Origin: an uncultured Spirochaetota bacterium
Lineage (GTDB): Bacteria; Spirochaetota; Brevinematia; Brevinematales; JAOACQ01
Assembly: GCA_963783575.1 (NCBI GenBank)
Contig: CAWAOD010000003.1
Coordinates: 32,001-96,000, forward strand
Length of the DNA stretch: 64,000 nucleotides
Direction: 5' to 3'
Shown in pieces: positions 43,653-53,632 of this stretch; within the stretch, counting starts at the first letter, position 1; every line of letters starts with the position of its first letter. A model generated the notes under the pieces. That model was not told the origin of the DNA. It did not search any database and worked only from the letters and a program-made list of their open reading frames with translations. A program made the translations under genes and the position numbers.

Positions 43653-46232
43653 TTAAAGATCAGGTAAATTTTTATTGATATTAACAATACCTAACGAACC
43701 GTCAACAGTAACAATTTGCCCATCCCGGATAAGCCTTGTTGCGTTTCCGACAGCCAAAACTGCGGGAATACCATATTCGCGAGCAACTATTGAGCTGTGG
43801 CTCAAAGGCCCTCCGATTTCAGTAACAATCGCCGAAGCCATTGCAAAAAGAGGTGTCCAGGCTGGAGTGGTGGTTACAGTGACGATAACATCACCGGGCC
43901 TCATCCTGCCGAAATCCTTCGGATCCCGAAGAATGCATGCTCTTGCTGTAACTCTTCCGCCGCTCGCGCCAAGGCCTTTCAGAAGGTTTCCTTTTCCATT
44001 TCCATGTTCCATTATCTTTGCAATAAGTGATTTTTCCGGCAGTACCAAAGGTACTCTTGCATTACGGACCTTTTGCCTTTCCTTTTTTCGTTCTTCAGTT
44101 TGCAATGAATAATCCTGAAGTTTTTCACCCTTTTCCATGGCTCGAGTAAGAGCATCCAATTCCCGCGATTCCAGCCAGTAAATGTTTTCAGGTCTTACAA
44201 TGGCGCCGCCCACGGTAAGTCTATTGCCGAGTTCGGAAAAAACACTCCGCAGGACAGGGTATCCCAATCCAAGGTCGCTGATACTGTCTTCCCGTTTCGG
44301 TGCGGCTTCCTGCGCCCATTTTAAAAGCTTCCGGAACCATTTCCCCCTCCATTTCCCAATCCTTGACAATATTGCCCCGGCTGCCTTTTCCTGGTTTTCT
44401 TTAAGTGTAAGTCCGCGAACATAAGGATTACTGCCTTTCCCATCAATATATGCCTTAAGCGCCTCAATCAGCGGTACAGGGTCATCAGCCGGTACGGGAT
44501 TCGCGAAATCGAGATCGTATATTGTATGCCCATATTCCGACAGATGCAAATGAAATCGCGAAACAAACCCGGCCCAGGATGATTCGAGTCCGGCAGGAAC
44601 AGAATCAGCCTGAGAAAGAGAGCCGTAAATTTCTTTCGCATTAGATTTTCGGAAATACTCTGTAAGGCCGGGTTGTGAAATAATCCATTGCGACAGGTCA
44701 AAAAGTGATTTCTCAGCTCGAAGCGGAAGGCTGTCAAGTCCAATCAGAAAAACCGATGCCTCAGGGTCTCCTTTATGCCTGACCAGTATATTGTAGAAAC
44801 GGCTTAATGATAATTCACTTCCGGTTGCCGACGGTATAATTCCGCTCTGGGCTACGTTATAACATTCTACAGTACAGGAGAATATCTCTTTTGCCCCGGC
44901 CAGAAGTTCCGAAGGAGAAAGTCCGGCTAGTTCCTTCCCCTGCCAAGTTTCAACCAGAGCTCTGTATTTTTCCAAAACCGCCTTCCATCTTTCATAACCG
45001 GTTGTGATCATCTTCTTAATTGCCCATCTAGCCGCTTTCACTATTGCCCATATCATTTTCAAACTGGGAACCATCCCGATATAGACATAGCCGTTTACTA
45101 CAGCAAACGGAAAACTTTGCGGATCATCAAAACCCATCCATGATTTATACATTTCTGCAGTGGCTTTCTCGGCAATCGGCACTCCGAATGTAGCAAAAAG
45201 CGGGGATACCGCATTGGGTACGAACTCGGCAAAACTCATCCGCATAAGAAGGGCTTTTGGCCTGGGATTAGTCCAGTCAAGCGGCGGTTCGAGAAGCGAA
45301 GTGACCGGACGGGCCTGAAGGATCGCAAACTTGCCTTTCGCAAAAGCCCACTCGATATCCATCGGCATATTGTATAATTTTTCAATGGTTAAGCCAAGCC
45401 TGGCTAATTCCTGCGCATGAAATCCGGATATTGCCTGTTTTTTACGGATTCTCTTTGAAACAGGCTGTTCCCCTGTCCCGGATTCTGCCCGGACAGTCAT
45501 TATATTCTTTACGGCGATTATGCTCTTAAGTATCCGCCCCGAAGTTTTTTCTACCGTATATGTGTCGGGGGTAACTATTCCGGAGACAATTGCTTCGCCA
45601 AGGCCCCAAGCTGCATTGATTACAATTTCATTTCGCGAACCGTTGAGTGGATTTGCGGTAAACATCACGCCTGATGCCTCAGCATTGAAAAGCTCCTGGA
45701 CAATTACCGCAATGGCAATGCTTTCCTGATTAATACCGTTGTTGATTCTATAACCGATTGCGCGGCCTGTCCATAAAGATGCCCAGCAGTGTTTAATCGC
45801 GTCAATAATCGCTTCTTTCCCCCGGATGTTCAGAAAGGTGTCCTGCTGTCCGGCAAAAGATGCCTCCGGTAAATCCTCTGTTGTGGCGGAAGAACGAACT
45901 GCGACAGCGGGTTCACCCATTTCCCCGTATGCTTCTTTGAGAGCAATTACAATATCTGCCGGTATTTTCGCCTTGGTAAATAAATCCTCTATCTGGCCGG
46001 AAGCCTTTTCTAGGCTTTCCGGATTCAATTTGTCCGCAATTCTGACCGCCTCACATATCTTCATATCAAGGCCATTTTCGGATACGAAACGGCGGTAAGC
46101 CTCTATCGTCAAATGGAATCCGCCGGGAACAGGTATCCCTTCTCTGGATAATCTGGATAAGGACATGCCTTTTCCGCCTACTGTTTCCAGGGTCGCTTGA
46201 GCATCATCCAGTCCGAGAATTAAACGGGACAT
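43653..46232 (-). CDS. PEP-synthase-like ATP-grasp / swivel phosphohistidine phosphotransferase (rifampin phosphotransferase-like architecture)
   Basis: VGGKG, AVRSSATTEDLPEASFAGQQDT, DIEWA, LQARPVT; central helical domain; C-terminal EIGGPLSHSSIVAREYGIPAV. Confidence 0.88.
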   Translation of the reverse strand: MSRLILGLDDAQATLETVGGKGMSLSRLSREGIPVPGGFHLTIEAYRRFVSENGLDMKICEAVRIADKLNPESLEKASGQIEDLFTKAKIPADIVIALKEAYGEMGEPAVAVRSSATTEDLPEASFAGQQDTFLNIRGKEAIIDAIKHCWASLWTGRAIGYRINNGINQESIAIAVIVQELFNAEASGVMFTANPLNGSRNEIVINAAWGLGEAIVSGIVTPDTYTVEKTSGRILKSIIAVKNIMTVRAESGTGEQPVSKRIRKKQAISGFHAQELARLGLTIEKLYNMPMDIEWAFAKGKFAILQARPVTSLLEPPLDWTNPRPKALLMRMSFAEFVPNAVSPLFATFGVPIAEKATAEMYKSWMGFDDPQSFPFAVVNGYVYIGMVPSLKMIWAIVKAARWAIKKMITTGYERWKAVLEKYRALVETWQGKELAGLSPSELLAGAKEIFSCTVECYNVAQSGIIPSATGSELSLSRFYNILVRHKGDPEASVFLIGLDSLPLRAEKSLFDLSQWIISQPGLTEYFRKSNAKEIYGSLSQADSVPAGLESSWAGFVSRFHLHLSEYGHTIYDLDFANPVPADDPVPLIEALKAYIDGKGSNPYVRGLTLKENQEKAAGAILSRIGKWRGKWFRKLLKWAQEAAPKREDSISDLGLGYPVLRSVFSELGNRLTVGGAIVRPENIYWLESRELDALTRAMEKGEKLQDYSLQTEERKKERQKVRNARVPLVLPEKSLIAKIMEHGNGKGNLLKGLGASGGRVTARACILRDPKDFGRMRPGDVIVTVTTTPAWTPLFAMASAIVTEIGGPLSHSSIVAREYGIPAVLAVGNATRLIRDGQIVTVDGSLGIVNINKNLPDL

Positions 46233-46294
46233 ACCTGCCTCCTATTCAAAATTAGACATTACCAATACTTTCGATAAAGCAATCTCATTTTCAG

Positions 46295-46906
46295 TTATTT
46301 CCGGTTTTTATGAAAAGCCCCGTGAGTTTCCGCCAGTATTTTTTTAAATAAATCGCCAAATTTCTTCTCCTCCATTTTAAAATACCCAATCCAGGAATAA
46401 TAAAAACAAAAGAAGGAAAATAACGGTATGATATGGGTAAAGAATTCCCCGACCAGGCGTTCTTCCCTGTCATAATTTTCGGGATGATTCCGAATAATCA
46501 GCTTTTCTTCCGAATGAACGATCATTTCCAGGAAAGTGTATAGAACAGGATTATCAGAAGTTTTCTTCAAAGAATCTATCAATATGATCCGGATCAAGTC
46601 ATAATTCTTTATCATAAAATCGGTATAATACTCAGGGCGTTTCATCATTTCTTCAGCGACAGAATCCCCCGCATCTCTTTCTGCGGTTTTGATGACTTCA
46701 CCAAAATCATTTAAAAAATTCCGGAACATAACATCCAGTATTTCATTTTTATTTTTAAAATGGTAATATATCAGGGACTTGGGAACCCCGGCCCTTTCAG
46801 CTATCTCATCGATTCTTGATCCTTCAAAGCTTTTTTCAGCGAATATCTGAAGCGCTGTTTTAAGGATTCTCTTCCGCGCATCAGGAACCCTCTTGTTTTC
46901 TTTCAT
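46295..46906 (-). CDS. TetR/AcrR-family regulator (likely start MKENK at 46906)
   Basis: RILKTALQIFAEKSFEGSRIDEIAERAGVPKSLIYYHFKNK. Confidence 0.92.
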   Translation of the reverse strand: MKENKRVPDARKRILKTALQIFAEKSFEGSRIDEIAERAGVPKSLIYYHFKNKNEILDVMFRNFLNDFGEVIKTAERDAGDSVAEEMMKRPEYYTDFMIKNYDLIRIILIDSLKKTSDNPVLYTFLEMIVHSEEKLIIRNHPENYDREERLVGEFFTHIIPLFSFFCFYYSWIGYFKMEEKKFGDLFKKILAETHGAFHKNRK

Positions 46907-46916
46907 AAACCTCCCA

Positions 46917-46966
46917 TTATAATACTGAACATTCAGTATTATAAAATAATTATTAAAAACTGTCAA
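46917..46966 (-). promoter_or_regulatory. tetR sigma-70 promoter overlapped by a perfect palindromic operator
   Basis: Minus strand TTGACA (46966-46961), 17 bp, TATAAT (46943-46938); dyad TTATAATACTGAA-CA-TTCAGTATTATAA at 46917-46944. Confidence 0.75.
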
Positions 46967-47083
46967 TATATTGAAATTAAAATAAACAAAACGGTAATTA
47001 ATTTTTTCCTTAAAAATTATAGATTAAAAAGATTTTATAATTTAAAATATAGATTGAACAAATTTGTAAAAAAGAGGTTCTCT

Positions 47084-48013
47084 ATGAAACGTTCGGATAT
47101 TATCTGGACCGTGATTCTGGTCCTTCTTCTCGGTGCCGTTATTGCCGTCCGGTACGGCAACCCGGATATTCCGATAAACAAGCTGATGCAGAAATACACA
47201 AATAATAACTCGAAATTCGTTAAGCTGGAAGGTACCGCTTTCCATTACAGGGATGAAGGTTCCGGCTATCCTATTGTTCTGATCCATGGATTTTCATCAT
47301 CGCTTCATACATGGGACGGATGGGTAATCAATTTAACCAACCGCTTTCGGGTCATAAGGCTCGATATGCCCGGTTTCGGGCTAACCGGCCCCTGGAAAGA
47401 CCATCCTCCGACAATGGCCAACTATGTAAAGGCTGTCGATCTTTTAACAGGGACGCTTGGGATAAGCAATTTCGCGATGTGCGGCAATTCTCTGGGCGGA
47501 AAAACAGCCTGGGAATACACCTTAGCCCATCCCGATAAGGTTTCAAAACTGATCCTGGAAGATGCCAGCGGCTATCCGGAAGCCTCCAGGCTTTCACCGG
47601 TATTGAAACTTGCAAAATATCCTTTTTTGAGCCGGATTATAAAATTTATGACCACAAAGGAAACGGTAACGAAAAATGTTATAATCGCTTATGCGGATAA
47701 ATCAAAGTTTACCCCGGAATTGGCCGACAGGTATTACGAGCTTGTGATGCGTGAAGGTAACCGTGACGAACTCATCGCAAGGATGCGGATAACCGACCCC
47801 GATCATTCTCCGCAGATCAAAACGATCAAAACCCATACTCTTATTATGTGGGGTCAGCAGGACCAGATGGTACCAGTTGAAAACGCATACCGTTTCAACC
47901 ATGATATCACAAATTCAAGGCTGGTAATTTATACAAATACGGGTCATCTGTCGATGGAAGAAGCTCCTGATCTTTCCGTTAAAGATGTAATAACTTTTTT
48001 GACGCAAAAATAA
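47084..48013 (+). CDS. Membrane-anchored/exported alpha/beta hydrolase
   Basis: N-terminal hydrophobic helix, LIHGFSSS, DMPGFG, nucleophile GNSLGG, WGQQD, GHLSMEE. Confidence 0.9.
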   Translation: MKRSDIIWTVILVLLLGAVIAVRYGNPDIPINKLMQKYTNNNSKFVKLEGTAFHYRDEGSGYPIVLIHGFSSSLHTWDGWVINLTNRFRVIRLDMPGFGLTGPWKDHPPTMANYVKAVDLLTGTLGISNFAMCGNSLGGKTAWEYTLAHPDKVSKLILEDASGYPEASRLSPVLKLAKYPFLSRIIKFMTTKETVTKNVIIAYADKSKFTPELADRYYELVMREGNRDELIARMRITDPDHSPQIKTIKTHTLIMWGQQDQMVPVENAYRFNHDITNSRLVIYTNTGHLSMEEAPDLSVKDVITFLTQK

Positions 48014-48015
48014 GC

Positions 48016-48897
48016 TTACCCGGCCTTCCTGGCATTTATGCGGATACTGTCCTGGAGAGCCTCGATTTCGTCACCGGCCCCGTAGAAAAAGCTGACCTGA
48101 ACAATATCGCCGGAATTGACAGGCAGGGGAGATGAAAGCGGAATGGTAAGGTTTTGATTCATCCAGTTAATTGCACGGTTTTCTTTTACAAGTATGTATA
48201 GCGAATTACTGGTAATAAAACGAATGCCGTTGAGATTGCCGCTTTTTTTGATTTGAATTTCCATATTGCATTGGAATGACTGCTGAATTGGACTGCTATA
48301 CTTAACTATTCCATAAACAGACGGATCACTAAGCTGGCAAATTCTATCGCATTCCCCGGGATATTGAAAATTCGGAAGCGGCGCGTAATAACCGAAGAAA
48401 TTATAATCCTGGCAGATAAGGTCAAAGCCCAGAACAGTAGCTTCAGGAATAAATCGTGGAAGTTTTTCATTGAAACGGCTTTTATACCGTTCTTTAAAAG
48501 ATGTAATAACCTGAATTTGTTTCTCGCGAAGCAATGCGGAATGAAGCATCTCGCATATGACAACATCAACCGGCTCAGGCGGAAGATAAGACATGGCATC
48601 GGATTGAATAACTTCTACTTTCGAATTAAATGTATTCAAAGCCAGAAGTTCTTTTGCCTTGGCTGCAAGGGCCGGCTGCTGTTCAACGCACCACACCTTC
48701 GAAGCATTTTCCGCCGCAAAGAATGACAGAACGCCTGTGCCGCCTCCAAGCTCAAGAACCCTTCCGCTTAAAGGAACAGCCGATCTTATGGCTCCCTTAA
48801 AGCCGAGCATCCTGGCTTCATCCTGAAGCATTTGATAATGATAATGCATAGGAATATATTGTCCAAGCTGAAGTTCGCGATCGACTTTTTGTTCCAT
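48016..48897 (-). CDS. PRMT-like (protein arginine methyltransferase-type) SAM-dependent methyltransferase
   Basis: HYQMLQDEAR, VLELGGGTGVLS, double-E loop VICEMLHSALLRE, C-terminal beta-barrel with GNLNGI and NWMNQ. Confidence 0.75.
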   Translation of the reverse strand: MEQKVDRELQLGQYIPMHYHYQMLQDEARMLGFKGAIRSAVPLSGRVLELGGGTGVLSFFAAENASKVWCVEQQPALAAKAKELLALNTFNSKVEVIQSDAMSYLPPEPVDVVICEMLHSALLREKQIQVITSFKERYKSRFNEKLPRFIPEATVLGFDLICQDYNFFGYYAPLPNFQYPGECDRICQLSDPSVYGIVKYSSPIQQSFQCNMEIQIKKSGNLNGIRFITSNSLYILVKENRAINWMNQNLTIPLSSPLPVNSGDIVQVSFFYGAGDEIEALQDSIRINARKAG

Positions 48898-48988
48898 CAA
48901 TTTTCTCCATATTAATCAAATAATAATTGATGATTATACGCATGCTTTTAGTCAACATTTCTTGATAAGAGCGGCTAATTTGTTTTAT

Positions 48989-50697
48989 CCCAAACTGAGC
49001 GATTTTTTAATAAATACCAAAAACAGGTTTATAAAAGCCAAAATTTATAAAAATTTGGATATATTTTTTTGTCACCGGTTAATTTGCCGAATTTATGCGT
49101 TTGAAAGCACTAAAATCATCAATCTCTGAGATATTTTCAATTTTTGGCGCAATACCCCCTTATTAATCCATGAAAACAGAGCGCATCTTTAAATCGGGGT
49201 AACCGTTCCGCATTTCTCCCACAAATCTAACAATTTAAACCTGTCAACTACTTCTTCCCTGAATTTTAAAATAGCCCGCCCGCCTGTTTTAACAATCTTT
49301 CCCGCAATATCAATAAATATTCGCCTGACCGTATCCGGATAACTTTCCACTGGTATTTCCGGTATATCCATATCCGCCTGATAAGCCGACAGCAGATTAT
49401 ACGCTATTATCGATAAAAAATAATATACACCGTTTGATACAAAACTCTTAAACGGCAGTGTTTCATCCACGAATTCTTTTATTCCACGGTTCACCAGTTC
49501 ATCTTTTGCCCTCAGATGATAGAGCCTCACTATTTCCTCTGCCGTCATATATTTCACAAGCCCCTTTTCTTTCAATACTTCCGCTTCTTCAAGATTTGTA
49601 TAAATAATATTTTCAGGCCTGTCGAACGCTAATCTGAAAACCCCGTCTTCACATTCATATTTGGTATAAATGGCACGGTATCCCTTTTCCCAGCTATCCC
49701 GTCTGTCCCGAAAGTCCAGGTATTCAATTACATCTCCTTTTTTCTCAAACCTTCTCCATTCTTCCGGCAATCGCTTCATCAAATCGAGTTTGATTGAATC
49801 CAGTATTCTCCCGCCGCATATAAAGAACAGTTTCAGGTCTTCCAGCTTCTTAAAATACTTTTGGTCAAAAAACCCGCTATCAGACACAACGATAATCGGC
49901 ACCTCTTTGTCATAGCATTTCCGGATTTCCTTCACTGTTTCTTCCAGCATTGTAAACAGATCGTCACCGTGATTCGGGGATTCGCTTCCTTCGTGGAACG
50001 CCAGGTTCACGATAAAACCATTCCAATACATATGCAGCGGATGATACCCGTTAACCTTTTTGTAGGTATAAGTCACGCCGTTTCGCTTTTTAGCGTCATC
50101 ATTATTCAGTACCATCGTATCAAGTCCGAGAATAATAACTTTCGGGTTCTTTATCTTGAGACGCCAGACAAAAAGCTTAATTAGAATCTTTTGAAGCTCT
50201 TTAAACATTGTCTTTTTTACCACTGAAAAAAATCTCTTTATCACATGGGATGAGCACATATTGTCTTTGCTGCATTCAATGGCCTTTCTGTGCCCGATAT
50301 CATTTGCCAATTCATCAAACCGGGTAATGGTAAATTTGCTTCCATCTATGAAAAACAGCATCAATTGAGAAATAATTTTTTCTATATCTTTACCTTTGCG
50401 GCTCTTGCGAATTCCCTGAAATACTTCGCTGATCAGGGGAATAACTTTAATATTCTTGAGATATCTCAGGACAAACGTAAGCCCGCCGCGGCTGGTAAGA
50501 CAATCTTTCGTTATGCCGATTTTTTGAATCTCATTTCCCTGAATTTTGCGATTTTTATTTTTTTCAGTCATAATTTACCTGCTTTTGCACCCAATGGGTG
50601 TTATTCCGGGGTAAGGATGGCTGTAACCATTTCCTTACCCCATTTTATTTTAGCATGGTTTTATTTTTATGGATAGTTAAGAATCGCTCAGTTTAGG
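48989..50697 (-). mobile_element. Complete IS1380-family insertion sequence (~1.7 kb)
   Basis: Terminal IRs CCCAAACTGAGCGATT / revcomp CCTAAACTGAGCGATT (15/16); 5-bp TSD TTTAT at 48984-48988 and 50698-50702. Confidence 0.88.
49189..50571 (-). CDS. IS1380-family DDE transposase
   Basis: LTSRGGL, LGLDTMV, TYKKVNGYHPL, VSDSGFFD, YHLRAKDELVNRGIKE, AGKIVKTGGR. Confidence 0.88.
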   Translation of the reverse strand: MTEKNKNRKIQGNEIQKIGITKDCLTSRGGLTFVLRYLKNIKVIPLISEVFQGIRKSRKGKDIEKIISQLMLFFIDGSKFTITRFDELANDIGHRKAIECSKDNMCSSHVIKRFFSVVKKTMFKELQKILIKLFVWRLKIKNPKVIILGLDTMVLNNDDAKKRNGVTYTYKKVNGYHPLHMYWNGFIVNLAFHEGSESPNHGDDLFTMLEETVKEIRKCYDKEVPIIVVSDSGFFDQKYFKKLEDLKLFFICGGRILDSIKLDLMKRLPEEWRRFEKKGDVIEYLDFRDRRDSWEKGYRAIYTKYECEDGVFRLAFDRPENIIYTNLEEAEVLKEKGLVKYMTAEEIVRLYHLRAKDELVNRGIKEFVDETLPFKSFVSNGVYYFLSIIAYNLLSAYQADMDIPEIPVESYPDTVRRIFIDIAGKIVKTGGRAILKFREEVVDRFKLLDLWEKCGTVTPI

Positions 50698-50867
50698 TTT
50701 ATATAATCCACTACCGCTACTATATTTCCGAATAGAATATTCTAAAGTAACCGTTATAAATTGTCCATTAATTCAAGCTTTAGATCGGATAGTTATTTGT
50801 TCTTTTTTTGACTTTTTTTATAAAAAACAATAATATACTCATTTATAAAATTTATTCAGGAGATTTT

Positions 50868-51383
50868 ATGTTTAGAATATTACTGGTATTTTTTACCATA
50901 GCTTTACCTTTATCATGTGTTTCAGGACAGGAAAAAGAGAAGGGAGAACCTATTGCGGTAATTGTGACAAGTAAAGGCGTTATTAAGTTTAAGTTCTTTA
51001 TGAAAGACGCGCCGAATACCTGCTCAAATTTTATTAAGCTCGCAGAAAATGGTTTTTACAACGGGCTGAAATTCCACAGGGTTGAACCCGGTTTTGTAAT
51101 TCAGGGCGGAGATCCCGCGGGAAACGGCACAGGCGGCCCGGGGTACACTATCAAAGCCGAGTTTAACAAAAACAAGCATCTTGATGGAACTGTAGCCATG
51201 GCGCGCTCGCAGGACCCTGACAGCGCGGGAAGCCAGTTTTACATCTGTCTTGCCCCGCAGCCATTTCTGGACAGCCAGTATACTGTATTCGGACAGGTTA
51301 TAGAAGGGCTGAAAGTTGTACATAAAATCGAAGTCGGCGACACAATGAAAAGGGTTTATATTGAGAGAAAAAAAGGGAAATAA
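50868..51383 (+). CDS. Cyclophilin-type peptidyl-prolyl isomerase (probable lipoprotein)
   Basis: [49 protein letters not shown] lipobox-like. Confidence 0.93.
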   Translation: MFRILLVFFTIALPLSCVSGQEKEKGEPIAVIVTSKGVIKFKFFMKDAPNTCSNFIKLAENGFYNGLKFHRVEPGFVIQGGDPAGNGTGGPGYTIKAEFNKNKHLDGTVAMARSQDPDSAGSQFYICLAPQPFLDSQYTVFGQVIEGLKVVHKIEVGDTMKRVYIERKKGK

Positions 51384-51397
51384 AGATGCCCTGTAAT

Positions 51398-51847
51398 TTA
51401 TTTTATATTGATTATATAAATATTTGTATCAATATAGCTATTTGTATCTGTTATGCTCTGGTAATAAAACGTTAACTTCATAATTCCGGTATTTGTACAT
51501 CTAAAGCGCCATATAAACTGAACAGGTCCTCCTACTAATAGCGGTGGATTAAAATCAAATGAATTACTGTCAATAAAAGATACGTTACTATTATCCGTTA
51601 TATAAATCCATTGATATGGGATAGCGCTTTCCTGCAATTCAATATAGAATTTTTCATTATTGGTAAGCTCGTTCGTTGCAATGTTAGTTACAGGTATATA
51701 GCCTTGTTTGAAGCTTTGATACTGATCCATAATAGATGAGGAATTTGAAGAACCGTTTCCCGGTTGCGCCGTACAGGAAAATAAAAATACTAAAATGCTA
51801 ATACATAAGATCAATATTAATCCTGTTAATTTAACAAACCATGCCAT
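51398..51847 (-). CDS. Lipoprotein with chagasin-like (I42 protease inhibitor) domain
   Basis: LFSC lipobox; FYIELQE..PYQW, LVGGP..FIWRF...G.MKLTFYY pattern. Confidence 0.55.
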   Translation of the reverse strand: MAWFVKLTGLILILCISILVFLFSCTAQPGNGSSNSSSIMDQYQSFKQGYIPVTNIATNELTNNEKFYIELQESAIPYQWIYITDNSNVSFIDSNSFDFNPPLLVGGPVQFIWRFRCTNTGIMKLTFYYQSITDTNSYIDTNIYIINIK

Positions 51848-51928
51848 AAAATCCTCCTCCGGATTATTAATAAATCAGGATTAATTATTTTAATTATATG
51901 CGAATTTTTAAGCAAAATTTATTTGCCT

Positions 51929-52711
51929 TCAGCTCTGGTCGGCATAACGCCACCAGGCAACAGTCCCGAAATAACCGGCAATAATTGTGGCAAATAAAAT
52001 AATGTAACTAACAACCTCAAGCCGAGTACTGCCTGAACCTGCGGCGCCGCTGATAAGCATTGGGATAGCCCAGGGAATATAAGGCGTGTATCCTCCGAAA
52101 TTTGCAATCTGTATAATAGCCAGTATCAGGAAGATAAGACCTAGCGGAGGCAAAAAGCTCCGGCCGAAACTTGCGAAAAAAGCCACCGGTGTTGTAAGTA
52201 GTATAGTAAGGATTATGCATGCTGTCATTTTACCCAATCCCCGAAGTATAATATCTCCTGACCATCCGTCAAGACTCACAACAAAACCCATTACAAGCCA
52301 GAAAACAAAAATGATAAACGAAAGAATAATACTCCAGCCCGCAACAATGATGAATTTTGAAAGAACAACGCTCGATCTCGGTAAAGGAAGGGCAAGAAGG
52401 TCTTTCACAGTGCGGTCAGTATATTCCCTACCGAAGACCCAGGAGGCGATGAACCCGAAAAGAATCAGGCCGACCGCCGAATAAATCATCAGGAGATTAT
52501 CAAAATAGACTGACCAATTAGCCTTTCCAAGCATTGAAGCCTTAATGGCAAGCATTCTGGCTTTAGTCGCAAGTTCGGGATACTTTATTACAAGCATAAT
52601 CAAGCCGATCATAACAGGAATAAATATTGAAGCCAGTATCGTAATCAAAAATATCATGGAACGGCGGGCTTTCAGGTATTCAGCCCACACAGAAACTAAA
52701 AGCCTCTTCAT
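51929..52711 (-). CDS. ABC-2 type exporter permease (BcrB/lantibiotic-immunity-like)
   Basis: AEYLKARRS, FGREYTDRTVKDLLALP, YIPWAIP; about six TM segments. Confidence 0.85.
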   Translation of the reverse strand: MKRLLVSVWAEYLKARRSMIFLITILASIFIPVMIGLIMLVIKYPELATKARMLAIKASMLGKANWSVYFDNLLMIYSAVGLILFGFIASWVFGREYTDRTVKDLLALPLPRSSVVLSKFIIVAGWSIILSFIIFVFWLVMGFVVSLDGWSGDIILRGLGKMTACIILTILLTTPVAFFASFGRSFLPPLGLIFLILAIIQIANFGGYTPYIPWAIPMLISGAAGSGSTRLEVVSYIILFATIIAGYFGTVAWWRYADQS

Positions 52712-53632
52712 TTTACACCTCCATTCATTCCTGTAACCCGTAAGAAATATGATTCCAGGTCTTCTTCTTCCACCATCAGCATGGCGGGCGGTAAATTAAC
52801 GTTTACAAGCAATACCGCTATGTCCTCGGGACATTTGATGGCTTTTTCGTTTATAACTTCAAGTATCCCCTCACCGGACATCCTCGGAGCATAACCGGCT
52901 CCGGTAAGCCTTGATTTTACAGCCTCAATATTTCGGGCTTTAATGAGAAGCCTTTTCCAGGAGCAATCCGTCAAGATTTTCCGAATCGACTTCCTGAACA
53001 AGCCTTCCCTCATGAATAATCCCGATACGGGTTGCAAACCTTGAAATCTCGCCAAGAATATGACTGGATATAAATATTGTCGCACCGTGATTCTGAGCAA
53101 GGTCTTTCAGCAGTTCCCTTATCTCAACAATACCCGCAGGGTCAAGTCCGTTGGACGGCTCATCCAGTATCAATATTTCAGGGTTATGCAAAAGGGCCTT
53201 TGCAAGGCCCAGGCGCTGGGCGTTACCAAGTGAAAGATTTTTCGCGAGCCTGTCCCGGTAAGATCCAAGCTGAAGCTTATCGATAATATAATCAACGGAA
53301 CTCCGATCGGGGATATCACGAAGCCTTCGGACCATTTCGAGATTTTCCGCTACTGTAAGATCCGGGTAGGAGTATGGTATTTCTACTAAGTAACCTACAT
53401 TCCTCCATAGAGAATAATTACCGGCATGAACACGCTTACCGTTCAGAAAAGAATTGCCGGATGTGGGATGGATCATTCCTAAAAGCATTCGGATAGTGGT
53501 TGTTTTACCGGCGCCGTTCAACCCTAAAAAGCCGTAAATCTCCCCTTTTCGAACACTCAGGGAAATCCCGTCAACCGCCCGTACTTTGCCGTAATGTTTG
53601 ATTATATTGTCAGTGGAAATAATGTTATTCAT
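52708..53632 (-). CDS. ABC exporter ATP-binding protein (BcrA-like); frameshift near 52960
   Basis: GLNGAGKTT, LSLGNAQR, ILDEPSNGLD, ISSHILGE; tail EEDLESYFL in second frame. Confidence 0.9.

Noticed and set aside
43653..46232. Calling the gene ppsA or a confirmed rifampin-resistance gene
   Set aside because: It lacks the C-terminal pyruvate-binding barrel of PpsA, and rifampin specificity cannot be read from the sequence
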